This document shows, piece after piece, positions 9,490-18,346 of a stretch of DNA of 64,000 nucleotides. This DNA comes from Bacillota bacterium (GTDB lineage Bacteria > Bacillota > UBA4882 > UBA8346): NCBI GenBank assembly GCA_023394955.1, contig JAEWZY010000061.1:21095-85094 (forward strand), read 5' to 3'. Every line of letters starts with the position of its first letter. Position 1 is the stretch's first letter. The position numbers and the translations under genes were made by a program. A model generated the notes under the pieces. That model ran no database searches. It was given only the letters and a program-made list of their open reading frames with translations, and was not told where the DNA came from.

Positions 9490-10746
9490 TTGCGTATCTT
9501 ACATACATCCGATTGGCACTTGGGCCGTAATTTAGAAGGAAGATCCAGACTTCCCGAACAGGAACAATTCATAGCCGAATTAACGGCTATTGTAACGGAA
9601 GAAGATATCCACGTCATCCTGGTGGCCGGGGATGTTTTCGATACTTACAATCCTTCGGCCGACGCCGAGAACTTGTTTTACGACGCTTTGGAGCGGCTTT
9701 CGGATAACGGAAAACGGGCGGTGGTGGCCATCGCCGGCAACCATGACAGCCCCGATCGGCTCCATGCCGCTAATCCGTTGGCTTTGAAACACGGAATATC
9801 ATTATTGGGGTATCCCGGAGAACAATTAATGGTTGGAACAGCCCCCGGAGGGACCGGACGGACCAGCGTCGGCCCCGGCTGGGTGGAATTGACGATACCC
9901 GGCTCAAATGAAAAAGTCGTTGTTTATGCTCTCCCTTACCCATCGGAGTCGAGGCTGAATGAAATATTATCGGAAAAACTGGACGAGGCTTCCGGGCAGG
10001 TCGCTTATTCCCAACGAGTTGACAGCTTGTTTAGGGCAGCGGATCAAATATTTCGTCCTGACACTGTAAACTTGGTTATGGCCCACCTATTTGTCCGGGG
10101 TGGATTGGAGAGCGAGTCGGAACGTCAATTGGGAGGGGCTTTAGCGGTTGCGCCTCAAGCAATGCCTGAAAAAGCTCAATATATAGCTTTAGGCCATTTA
10201 CACCGCCCCCAACAGGTAAAGCATACGCCGCAAACTTGCCGGTATTCCGGTTCGCCGTTGTCCTTCGGCTTTGCCGAGGCGGATCAGGAAAAGGAAGTTC
10301 TGATTGTGGATGTTATTCCGGGCGGCTTAGCTAAGGCCCGTTCGGTTGATCTCAGTTGCGGAAAAGCTTTGAAACGGTGGCGGGCAAATAATGTGGCCGA
10401 GGCCGGGCTGTGGCTTGCGGAACCGAGTAATCTTGAAGCTTGGGTGGAGTTGGAGATCATGGCGGACCAACCCCTTGAAATCTCCGAACTGGCTGAACTA
10501 CGGAAGGCCCATTCCGGGATCATTACCATCCGGCCGATCTTTCCCGAGCTTCATAAGGATGATGAAGCCCTCCGCCGCTTAGCGGAGATACCCCTGGTCG
10601 ACCGTTTTAAATTATTCTTCGAACGGGAGAAGGGTATTGCTCCGCCCGAGGACTTGGTCGATTTTTTCATAGAAATGGTGAACCAACCGGAGTATGATGG
10701 CCAATCAAGCGATGGCGCTGAATCTACCGGGGGTGAGGTAGCATGA
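9490..10746 (+). CDS. sbcD: Exonuclease SbcD (Mre11-type nuclease subunit)
   Basis: LRILHTSDWHLG, GDVFD and GNHDS calcineurin-like phosphoesterase motifs. AGGAGG lies 6 nt upstream of TTG 9490; the track ORF starts at 9436. Confidence 0.85.
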   Translation: MRILHTSDWHLGRNLEGRSRLPEQEQFIAELTAIVTEEDIHVILVAGDVFDTYNPSADAENLFYDALERLSDNGKRAVVAIAGNHDSPDRLHAANPLALKHGISLLGYPGEQLMVGTAPGGTGRTSVGPGWVELTIPGSNEKVVVYALPYPSESRLNEILSEKLDEASGQVAYSQRVDSLFRAADQIFRPDTVNLVMAHLFVRGGLESESERQLGGALAVAPQAMPEKAQYIALGHLHRPQQVKHTPQTCRYSGSPLSFGFAEADQEKEVLIVDVIPGGLAKARSVDLSCGKALKRWRANNVAEAGLWLAEPSNLEAWVELEIMADQPLEISELAELRKAHSGIITIRPIFPELHKDDEALRRLAEIPLVDRFKLFFEREKGIAPPEDLVDFFIEMVNQPEYDGQSSDGAESTGGEVA

Positions 10747-13700
10747 GACCGATTAAACTCCAGTTTTCGGGTTTAAACAGCTACCGTACCCGGCAAGAAG
10801 TAGATTTTGAAACCTTGGGGGCGGACGGGTTGTTCGGGATCTTCGGGCCGACCGGGAGCGGCAAATCGTCGATTCTCGACGCCATTACCTTGGCTTTATA
10901 TGGAGGAGTAGACCGGGCGACCAACAACACCAGAGGCGTTATCAATCAGCTAGAAAGATCGCTGGAGGTTTCTTTTGAGTTCGAATTGGGCGGAGATCGG
11001 TATCTGGTAGAACGTCGTTATGACCGGAATCCTAAAGATCCCGACGCGGCTATGGCCAGACAGGCCCGGTTAAGAAAGATCTCCTTGGATGGGGAAGATG
11101 TGCTGGCGTCAAGGTCCCAGGAGGTTACGGCCAAGGTGGAAGGGATTTTAGGCATCGGCAAAGACGAGTTTTCCCGGGCGGTGGTTCTTCCCCAAGGCAA
11201 GTTCGATCAATTTTTGCGTTTAACCGGCGGAGACCGGGCCGCCATGTTGGAACATCTTTTCAACTTGGAACAGTACGGCGAGGGACTGGCCGCTAAAGTT
11301 AAGCAGGAGGCGGCTGTTATTGCGGAAGGATTACAAAGGATCGAGGGTGAAGCCCAAGGATTGGGAGACTGTTCGGCAGAGGCGGTCCAGGGGGCAACTT
11401 TGGATTTAAAGGTGAAAGAAGAGCAGTCTTTAGCTGCGCGACAAGCCTTTGAGACGGCTGATAAATCATATCAGGAGGCCGAGACGGTCCGGGAATTATT
11501 TTCAAAGCGCCAAAGGGCCCTGGAGAAATTCAGTCAGTTACAACAGGAACACGGACCGATGGAGGCAAAACAATCCCGGCTGAACGCCGCTGAGCGGGCC
11601 GAGCCCTTACGGGAATTGATCACCCGCCGGATAGATTTGAATAAAAGAATCGGTGAAGAAAGTATTAGCTATCAAAAGAAGATTGAATCTCATTCCGACG
11701 CTGTTACGAAATATGAAGACACTAAAAAAGCATTAGAACTGGGAGAAAAGGAATATCGGGAACAGCTGCCCCAATTGCAGGAGCGAAAAGCAAGGTATCA
11801 AGGAGCACAGGAAAAGCAGAAAAAGATTAAGGATATTCAAATAAATGTTGGAGAAAAACAAGAGAAACTCCATGTCTTAAAAGGCAAGATTGCCGCTACC
11901 GCGCGAGAAGTAACTGCTTGTCAAAGATCAATCGATGATACGCGGGTAGCTTTGGATACATTGCAGCTAAAGAGAGCCAAACTAATTGTGAGTCCGGAAG
12001 AGAAGGAATTAATCGAGAGCGCTTTAAACGCTTTAGTCAATTTGGAGGAATGCGAAAGACGTTGCCGGGAAAGTAAAGAGACTCATCTCAAACGGAAATC
12101 CCAGAATGACGCCAAATGGTCCGGTCTAGCCGAAGAAGTCCGCCGGATGCTGCCTGACCAAATAGTTACGGCGGACGATGATCTTGAAAAGCATTCGAAG
12201 TCCCTTCTAAATCAGGTTGAAACGGAGTTGGCTGAAGCCCGTAGGGCGCAACAACAGGCTTTGATTGCTAATTCCGCCGCGGAACTTGTCAAGGAACTTC
12301 ATGAAGGCGAACCTTGTCCGGTCTGTGGTTCACGGGAACATCCTTTACCGGCGAAGGCTACCGGTGAGCTTGAAAAAATAGAGCCCAAAATCAAAGCAGT
12401 GGAGAACAGACTCCGGGAGATCCGAAACTGGGAAGGACGATTGCTCAAGGCATGGCATGACTGGAGCGCTAATCAAACCCTCATTAATGAATCCTTTGAA
12501 CTGATGGAAAAGAACGAAAAAGACCTTCGGAGCGCGTCGGCGGAATTTGAGAAGGCCCGAGGGACCTATGAACGTGATCAATTGCGAATTCGCAAACGAG
12601 AATTGGCCGATTTTGAAAAACAGTTACACTCAATCGATGACCAACGGGAAAAGTTGCAAAAGACTCGGCAAGATTTGTCGGAAAACCTGCAAAAACTGAA
12701 TGAATCGTTTCAGAATTATAAAATTAACGAAGCGTCCCTTCAAGCGGATTTGGGAAATTACCAGTCCCAACTGGAGGATATAATTGAGGAATTAAACAAA
12801 ATTACTGGCGGGAAGGATCTGAATAACTTAATTCGCGATCTGGCCCAAACCCATGAGAAATTGGATCAAGCAGTCAGGGATGCCAAGGTCAAAGAAGGGA
12901 AAATGCAGGCTATCATGGAAAAGCTGGCCCGGGAAATGGCTGCTTTGAATGCGACCTTAACCGCAAACCGGAATGAATTGGCGGGTATTGAAGAACGTTT
13001 GACCCTTGGGCTGAAAGACGCCGGTTTTAGCGTTTTGGAAGAAGCTGAAGCGGTTTTATTGAAATCCGGAGAAAGACAAGTGATCCGCCGGGAGTTGGAG
13101 CAATACCGGCAAGAGGTAGCGGTATCCCGAAGTGAGCTGGACCGGCTTGAGCGGGAAATTAATGACCGGCCTTTCGAAGAAGCCATCTATGTAGAGCTGA
13201 AAGCCAAACGAGAAAAATCATTCCAAGAAGTAGAACAACTCAAGACCGAAACCGCCCTTGCCCAAAAGAAGCTGGAGGAACTCCGGGAGAAACAGGAGCG
13301 CTGGAATGAACTTCAAAAGCGAAAAGTCAGCGCTGAAAAGCGGAGAAGTCTGGCCGAAGGCCTAATGAGCCTCATTCGGGGGCGGCGGTTTGTTTCTTTT
13401 TTAGCCCAGGAACACCTACGGGATATGACCTTGGAGGCCTCCTATCAACTGGGCCGTTTAACCGGGCAGCGGTACGCTTTGGAGCTCGCCAAGGAAAAGG
13501 ACTGTGAGTTTGTGATCCGGGACGATTATAACGGCGGCGCCCGGCGGATGATCAATTCTCTTTCGGGCGGGGAGGTCTTCATGACCTCGTTAGCCCTGGC
13601 CTTGGCCCTTTCCTCCAAAATACAGCTGCGGGGCAAATATCCGCTGGGGTTCTTCTTCTTGGATGAAGGGTTCGGCAGTTTGGATGAGGAGAAGTTGGAC

Positions 13701-13850
13701 AAGGTGATGAACGCTTTGGAGAAACTCCATGATAAACACCGGATGGTGGGGGTCATCAGCCACGTGCGGGAGATGAAGGAACGCTTGCCGAAGTTTTTGG
13801 AGGTGGTGGCCGCCGGGGAGGACGGGAGCGGAAGTAGGATTAGGGCTTAA
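10743..13850 (+). CDS. sbcC: Exonuclease SbcC (Rad50-type ATPase)
   Basis: Walker A GPTGSGKSS, a long coiled coil with the central zinc hook CPVCGS, the signature LSGGEVFM and Walker B FFFLDEGFG. There is a 4-nt overlap with sbcD. Confidence 0.88.
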   Translation: MRPIKLQFSGLNSYRTRQEVDFETLGADGLFGIFGPTGSGKSSILDAITLALYGGVDRATNNTRGVINQLERSLEVSFEFELGGDRYLVERRYDRNPKDPDAAMARQARLRKISLDGEDVLASRSQEVTAKVEGILGIGKDEFSRAVVLPQGKFDQFLRLTGGDRAAMLEHLFNLEQYGEGLAAKVKQEAAVIAEGLQRIEGEAQGLGDCSAEAVQGATLDLKVKEEQSLAARQAFETADKSYQEAETVRELFSKRQRALEKFSQLQQEHGPMEAKQSRLNAAERAEPLRELITRRIDLNKRIGEESISYQKKIESHSDAVTKYEDTKKALELGEKEYREQLPQLQERKARYQGAQEKQKKIKDIQINVGEKQEKLHVLKGKIAATAREVTACQRSIDDTRVALDTLQLKRAKLIVSPEEKELIESALNALVNLEECERRCRESKETHLKRKSQNDAKWSGLAEEVRRMLPDQIVTADDDLEKHSKSLLNQVETELAEARRAQQQALIANSAAELVKELHEGEPCPVCGSREHPLPAKATGELEKIEPKIKAVENRLREIRNWEGRLLKAWHDWSANQTLINESFELMEKNEKDLRSASAEFEKARGTYERDQLRIRKRELADFEKQLHSIDDQREKLQKTRQDLSENLQKLNESFQNYKINEASLQADLGNYQSQLEDIIEELNKITGGKDLNNLIRDLAQTHEKLDQAVRDAKVKEGKMQAIMEKLAREMAALNATLTANRNELAGIEERLTLGLKDAGFSVLEEAEAVLLKSGERQVIRRELEQYRQEVAVSRSELDRLEREINDRPFEEAIYVELKAKREKSFQEVEQLKTETALAQKKLEELREKQERWNELQKRKVSAEKRRSLAEGLMSLIRGRRFVSFLAQEHLRDMTLEASYQLGRLTGQRYALELAKEKDCEFVIRDDYNGGARRMINSLSGGEVFMTSLALALALSSKIQLRGKYPLGFFFLDEGFGSLDEEKLDKVMNALEKLHDKHRMVGVISHVREMKERLPKFLEVVAAGEDGSGSRIRA

Positions 13851-13911
13851 CAAAATTACCATCTATTTCGAGTTGAAAGTATCATATCTCAGGTGAAAAA
13901 GTAACCCGGAA

Positions 13912-14655
13912 ATGAGGTTTACTAATATGAGTTTTGAAGAGATTGATAAAAAGAAAAGTCAGCTTGATAAGCATCGACCATTACCAAAACACACCCTAAA
14001 ATCGTTGCGTGAAAATATGCTGGTGGAGTGGGCCTATAACTCAAACGCCATCGAGGGTAATACACTGACGATGTCTGAAACCAAGGTTGTGTTGGAAGGG
14101 ATCACTATCGGTGGTAAGTCAATCCGTGAGCATTTGGAAGTGATAAACCATCGGGATGCGATTTTATTCCTTGAAGAACTGGCACATAAGGATGAACCCC
14201 TTTGTGAGCGGAACATTAAAGATCTCCATCGCTTGGTATTAAAGAAGATCGATGATGAAAATGCAGGAGTATATCGCCACGAAAACGTGATTATCAGTGG
14301 AGCGAAGCATAAGCCGACGGAACATTTTTTGGTAAAAGAGCAGATGGAGCGGATGGTGACGGAGTATAATGAACAGTGGCAAAACTTTCACCCAATTGAG
14401 CGAGGCGCTCTACTTCATGGCGAATTTGTCAAAATTCATCCCTTTGTCGACGGCAATGGACGGACGGCAAGACTCTTACTCAACTTTGAACTGATGAGAA
14501 GCGGATATCCACCGGCGATTATTGAAGCTAAAATGCGTCCGGAATACTATGATGCGCTTGATTTGGCGCATACCTCAGGCGATTATGGTCGATTTGCGCA
14601 AATGGTGGCAAGATGTGTTGAAGCAAGCCTCGACTTGTGGTTGAGTTTACTTTAA
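13912..14655 (+). CDS. Fic-domain protein (class II, predicted auto-inhibited AMP-transferase)
   Basis: Canonical Fic motif HPFVDGNGRTARLL. The N-terminal inhibitory motif S-N-A-I-E-G matches (S/T)xxxE(G/N). The true start may be ATG 13927 (MSFEEIDKK). Confidence 0.85.
   Translation: MRFTNMSFEEIDKKKSQLDKHRPLPKHTLKSLRENMLVEWAYNSNAIEGNTLTMSETKVVLEGITIGGKSIREHLEVINHRDAILFLEELAHKDEPLCERNIKDLHRLVLKKIDDENAGVYRHENVIISGAKHKPTEHFLVKEQMERMVTEYNEQWQNFHPIERGALLHGEFVKIHPFVDGNGRTARLLLNFELMRSGYPPAIIEAKMRPEYYDALDLAHTSGDYGRFAQMVARCVEASLDLWLSLL
14635..14652. repeat. 18-bp direct repeat, copy 1 (TTGTGGTTGAGTTTACTT), which forms the last codons of fic
   Basis: Identical to 16478-16495 by direct reading. Confidence 0.9.
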
Positions 14656-14675
14656 TTATTAGGAGTGATTTAAGA

Positions 14676-16109
14676 ATGGATAAAACAGAAGGCCAGTTGC
14701 TTCAGGATAGGTTGATGTATAACCCTAAAAACGCCTGGGAACGGACGGGTCCGGAGGAGAAAACAGCCGCCTTTGCCTTGGCCGAGGAGTACAAGGATTT
14801 TTTAAATCAGGCCAAAACCGAAAGGGAGTTCGTAGCGGAAGCGGAGATCAGAGCCAAAGCAGCCGGTTATCTTTCGCTGGAAGAGGCGCTCCGTGCCCGG
14901 CGGCAGCTGCGGCCGGGGATGAAAGTCTATACCGTCAACCGTCAAAAGTCGATTATTTTAGCTATCATCGGCAAGAAAAGCCCCGCCGAAGGGGTAAATG
15001 TGATCGGCGCCCATATTGATGCGCCCCGCCTTGACCTGAAACAAAACCCGGTGTATGAAGACACTGGATTGGCGTTGTTGAAAACCCATTATTACGGCGG
15101 GATCAAAAAATACCAGTGGGTAACGATTCCCCTGGCGCTCCATGGAGTCATTATTAAGCAAAGCGGAGAAACAGTTAAGATCGCTATCGGCGATGAAGCC
15201 GATGATTTCACCTTTACCATCACCGACTTACTGCCCCACCTGGCCCATGACCAGATGGAGAAGAAGATGAGCGAAGGGATCACCGGGGAGGGGTTGAATT
15301 TACTCTTCGGCTCCATTCCTTATCAGGACGAAAAAGCTGAAGACAAGGTAAAGTTGAATCTTATCCGGCTGTTGAACGAGAAATACGGTTTGGTGGAGGA
15401 AGACTTCGTCTCCGCCGAACTGGAAATCGTCCCGGCCTTCAAAGCCAAGGATGTTGGTTTGGACCGGGGATTGGTCGGCGCCTACGGCCAGGATGACAGG
15501 GTTTGCTCCTATTGCGCCTTCCGGGCGCTCCTGGACTTGAAGGAGGTAGACCAGACTGCGGTTTGCCTGTTGACCGATAAGGAGGAGATCGGCAGCGTCG
15601 GCAATACCGGGGCCCAATCCAGCTTTTTCGAGAATTTTCTGGCCACCCTTTGCGCTCACAGCGGGACTGACAACTATCAAGACTTGGTATTGCGTAACTG
15701 CCTCTCTCTTTCAAAGATGCTTTCAGCCGATGTGAATCCCGGAGTTGATCCGAATTTCGAAGGAGTACAGGACAAACGAAACGCCTCCTACATAGGAAAA
15801 GGAATCGTGCTTCAGAAATACACCGGTTCCAGGGGCAAGTCCGGAGCCAGCGACGCCAACCCGGAGTATCTGGCGGCATTAAGGAAACTCTTTAATGAAC
15901 ACGATATTGCCTGGCAGACCGGCGAACTTGGCAAGGTGGACCAGGGAGGGGGCGGAACCATCGCTCAATACCTGGCCAATCTGGGGATGGAAGTGGTTGA
16001 CTGCGGGGTTCCGATCCTGGCGATGCATTCCCCTTATGAAGTGACTAGTAAGATCGATATTTATCATAACTATAAAGCGAATCGGGTTTTTTATAGTTGG
16101 GGGGAGTGA
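14676..16109 (+). CDS. M18-family aminopeptidase (aminopeptidase 1 / aspartyl aminopeptidase-like)
   Basis: The translation is recognised as the clostridial 'aminopeptidase 1' type (..GAHIDAPRLDLK.., ..DKEEIGS.., ..AMHSPYEVTSK..). AGGAG RBS precedes ATG 14676; the track ORF starts at GTG 14637 inside fic. Confidence 0.8.
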   Translation: MDKTEGQLLQDRLMYNPKNAWERTGPEEKTAAFALAEEYKDFLNQAKTEREFVAEAEIRAKAAGYLSLEEALRARRQLRPGMKVYTVNRQKSIILAIIGKKSPAEGVNVIGAHIDAPRLDLKQNPVYEDTGLALLKTHYYGGIKKYQWVTIPLALHGVIIKQSGETVKIAIGDEADDFTFTITDLLPHLAHDQMEKKMSEGITGEGLNLLFGSIPYQDEKAEDKVKLNLIRLLNEKYGLVEEDFVSAELEIVPAFKAKDVGLDRGLVGAYGQDDRVCSYCAFRALLDLKEVDQTAVCLLTDKEEIGSVGNTGAQSSFFENFLATLCAHSGTDNYQDLVLRNCLSLSKMLSADVNPGVDPNFEGVQDKRNASYIGKGIVLQKYTGSRGKSGASDANPEYLAALRKLFNEHDIAWQTGELGKVDQGGGGTIAQYLANLGMEVVDCGVPILAMHSPYEVTSKIDIYHNYKANRVFYSWGE

Positions 16110-16190
16110 GATAAAGCTCGAAGAGGTAAGAGCGGAGTTGAGAAAAGGCGTGGCGAAAGGAATGCCGTTAGAAAGTAGAATTCCACCTGA

Positions 16191-16228
16191 AAAAGGGGCC
16201 CGTAAAACGAGCGCCCTTTTTGTTTTTG
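16191..16228. terminator. Bidirectional hairpin terminator between the aminopeptidase (+) and the micro-ORF (-)
   Basis: AAAGGGGC...GCGCCCTTT stem with a T-run (TTTTTGTTTTT) on + and TTTTT on -. Confidence 0.55.
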
Positions 16229-16242
16229 AATCATACAGTTGA

Positions 16243-16356
16243 TTAACAGATCCTGCGATTACAGCAACAGAAGAAAATTATTAGGAGAACAATGAGCCAG
16301 GAACATCCGCCGTCGAAAATTCCACCAGGCCTGCGTTTACATTTATGATGGGACAT
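16243..16356 (-). CDS. Unlisted 37-aa Cys-rich hydrophobic micro-protein (MSHHKCKRRPGGIFDGGCSWLIVLLIIFFCCCNRRIC)
   Basis: Translated by hand because it is below the ORF-track size cut-off. GAGGAGGTG RBS lies ~7 nt upstream of the ATG at 16356 and a terminator lies just downstream. The architecture recalls tiny Gly/Cys-rich TM peptides of spore formers (YjcZ-like), but this is unverified. Confidence 0.4.
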   Translation of the reverse strand: MSHHKCKRRPGGIFDGGCSWLIVLLIIFFCCCNRRIC

Positions 16357-16477
16357 ATTTTCACCTCCTCAAGTTGTTTTTTTGAGGACTCAATATAGAT
16401 TACGCTTCATTTTGTGCTATGGAGATATTGCTAAAAGTACTCTTTGTTCTGAAATATGGTTTTGTGATTTTTTCCTA

Positions 16478-16495
16478 TTGTGGTTGAGTTTACTT
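16478..16495. repeat. 18-bp direct repeat, copy 2 (TTGTGGTTGAGTTTACTT)
   Basis: Identical to 14635-14652. It lies ~40 bp upstream of the IS3-like fragment. Confidence 0.9.
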
Positions 16496-16515
16496 CGAGA
16501 CTTGGAGAAACTTCA

Positions 16516-16632
16516 ATGTGTTACACATGTACAACCGATTCCAATCATAATTTACCGAAAGCGCCGAATCTATTAAACCAAAAGATCAAAGTAGACGGAC
16601 CCAATACTGTATGGGTAAACGATATACTTCTT
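16516..16632 (+). pseudogene. Fragment resembling the pre-catalytic linker of an IS3-family OrfB transposase
   Basis: ..LPKAPNLLNQKIKVDGPNTVWVNDI resembles the conserved APNLLNRxF..PNxxWVTDIT segment of IS3-family transposases. No HTH or DDE domain is present, and the frame runs straight into the 21-bp repeat. Confidence 0.4.
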
Positions 16633-16814
16633 GAACGAGCCGAAGGAACCACGGAACGAGCCGGGGGAATGACAAAACAAGACGAAGGACTCATAAAACG
16701 AGCCGGGGAAACGATAAAACGAGGCGAAGGAATCATAGAACGAGCCGAAGGAACGACAAAACAAGGTGAAGGAGTCTTCGAATGACTGGAAGAAACGACG
16801 GAACGAGTCATTCC
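16633..16814. repeat. Degenerate 21-bp tandem repeat, ~8.7 units (consensus about RAACGAGCCGAAGGAAYSAYA)
   Basis: Units read directly at 16633, 16654, 16675, 16696, 16717, 16738, 16759, 16780 and 16801 (partial). Three reading frames stay open across it. Confidence 0.9.
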
Positions 16815-16861
16815 GAATAATAGGTAGTTCCTAATCCCGCTTCTAGGGTCATCAATCCCCG

Positions 16862-17197
16862 CTACTTCTCATCATAAATACCGAACTCCGGCCATTTTTC
16901 TTTAGGCATTTCTTGTTTCACTATTTTACGCGCCTTACGGTAAAACTTGTCCAATTTTTTCATTGTCCGGCGTTTTTGGATTTCAAGCTCGCGCAAACGG
17001 GCTTGGTCAGCCTTGATGTCAATGAAGGAAATGACGAAAGATTGATACTCTTGTTCGAGTTCGGCGACTAATTCGTTGTTCATGGTCATTTTGGCGATGA
17101 TTGCGGTAAAGATCCATTTATGAACGGGGTATCCGGCGATGATAAGCCGGATTGCCAGAAGGAGGCCGGACTGGTTTTTCTTATTCATTGCTAACAC
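16862..17197 (-). CDS. Hypothetical protein (111 aa; hydrophobic N-terminus, charged helical C-terminus), last gene of the cotS-side operon
   Basis: ORF only; no family recognised. The RBS is weak and the start is uncertain (GTG 17197 or ATG 17188). Confidence 0.45.
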   Translation of the reverse strand: MLAMNKKNQSGLLLAIRLIIAGYPVHKWIFTAIIAKMTMNNELVAELEQEYQSFVISFIDIKADQARLRELEIQKRRTMKKLDKFYRKARKIVKQEMPKEKWPEFGIYDEK

Positions 17198-17314
17198 TTT
17201 CTTTCACAATCTATTTTATTGGTAAATATTTTCTATATTTTTCCGGAAAGTCCTTTTGTTTATTTTAAATATTAGTCTAATTAATGATACACCGCAATCA
17301 TTATCAATGATTCT

Positions 17315-18346
17315 TTAAATCCGCCACACTCCATTTTCTTTCGGGAATTTACTCAAAAACTCCTCCCGCTCCAAGCGATCTTTAATTTTGCCTTCTAATT
17401 TTTTGAAGAAACGTTCCTTCGGCCAGGGCAGTTTTTCGTAATAATATTGTAAACCCACTTGCCAGAAGTCATGGGGCCAAACTAGAAGGATTCGCATCAC
17501 TTCAATTTCTTCCTTAGTTAAAGGCGCTACTCGGTGATACTCTTTGAGAATAAAACGGCAGATATCAAAGTTCCAATTGGAGTGCTTCAAGTTTCTGACG
17601 ATCAAATTAATCAAATCATGGATTCGCAAATCCAGTAGTGAATAATCAAAATCGATCAGGACTAACCGGCCGTCGAAGGCGCGGAGCAAATTTCTACTTG
17701 AAAAATCATGATGGCAAAAGCTCCGGTTGACCGCTGCCGCTGTCGCCACTTCCAAGTAAGGGGAATGCATTAAGGCCTGATAAGCGATTTCTCCTTGACT
17801 ACGGTAATAGTCGAAATAGGAGAGATAAAGCCGGCTGAAGTCTGAAGTATCTCGTTCGGAAAGGGCTAGTTCCCGGAAGTGGTCCATTTGCCGGAGGCGT
17901 AATTCCATTTTGGACGGCCAATTCAACCAAGCGGTCCGGGCCGGGAGCTTCACCAATGGGGAAAAACCTTGGCTTTTTAAATGAAATTTCGCTAACAAAT
18001 TGGAGGCATGCTTCAAATCCATCAAAATACTGAAATCGACTTCCCGGCTGAAAACCCAATCAGTCATAACATATAACTCGTCCCGGTGGAAGGCGAAAGG
18101 GGTCCCGTCTTTAGTCAAAGCCCACCGTAACACATTAGAAAAGGATCGGGAGTTAAGATATTCCAAGGCTTCGAAGATAAACTCCAACTCCTCCGGGTTC
18201 AGCTTCGACTTTTTCAAATATTTGAATCCGGCATCGGTTTTAACCCGCCAGATCTTACGGATCGATTGGAAACTATGCATTTTTAGACCGAATTGGTTTA
18301 GCGCGTGGACAATAGCGTCTTGGTTTGGAAGTGAAGATTCAGGCAT
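17315..18346 (-). CDS. CotS-family spore coat protein / bacterial spore kinase (paralogue 1)
   Basis: Kinase-like catalytic loop CHHDFSSRNLL and LIDFDYS. The overall CotS/CotI/YutH-like sequence is recognised by eye. Confidence 0.8.
   Translation of the reverse strand: MPESSLPNQDAIVHALNQFGLKMHSFQSIRKIWRVKTDAGFKYLKKSKLNPEELEFIFEALEYLNSRSFSNVLRWALTKDGTPFAFHRDELYVMTDWVFSREVDFSILMDLKHASNLLAKFHLKSQGFSPLVKLPARTAWLNWPSKMELRLRQMDHFRELALSERDTSDFSRLYLSYFDYYRSQGEIAYQALMHSPYLEVATAAAVNRSFCHHDFSSRNLLRAFDGRLVLIDFDYSLLDLRIHDLINLIVRNLKHSNWNFDICRFILKEYHRVAPLTKEEIEVMRILLVWPHDFWQVGLQYYYEKLPWPKERFFKKLEGKIKDRLEREEFLSKFPKENGVWRI

Noticed and set aside
9490-13850. SbcD/SbcC as part of a novel Rad50/Mre11-like defence system, with the adjacent Fic as effector
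   Set aside because: The pair has the canonical housekeeping SbcCD architecture (overlapping genes, zinc hook, standard motifs) and sits after sfsA. Fic is separated by its own gap and is an auto-inhibited class II type. Nothing supports a defence island.
16633-16814. Could the 21-bp repeat array be a CRISPR array?
   Set aside because: The units are contiguous with no spacers, they are degenerate rather than identical, and at 21 bp they are shorter than typical CRISPR repeats. No cas genes are present in the window.
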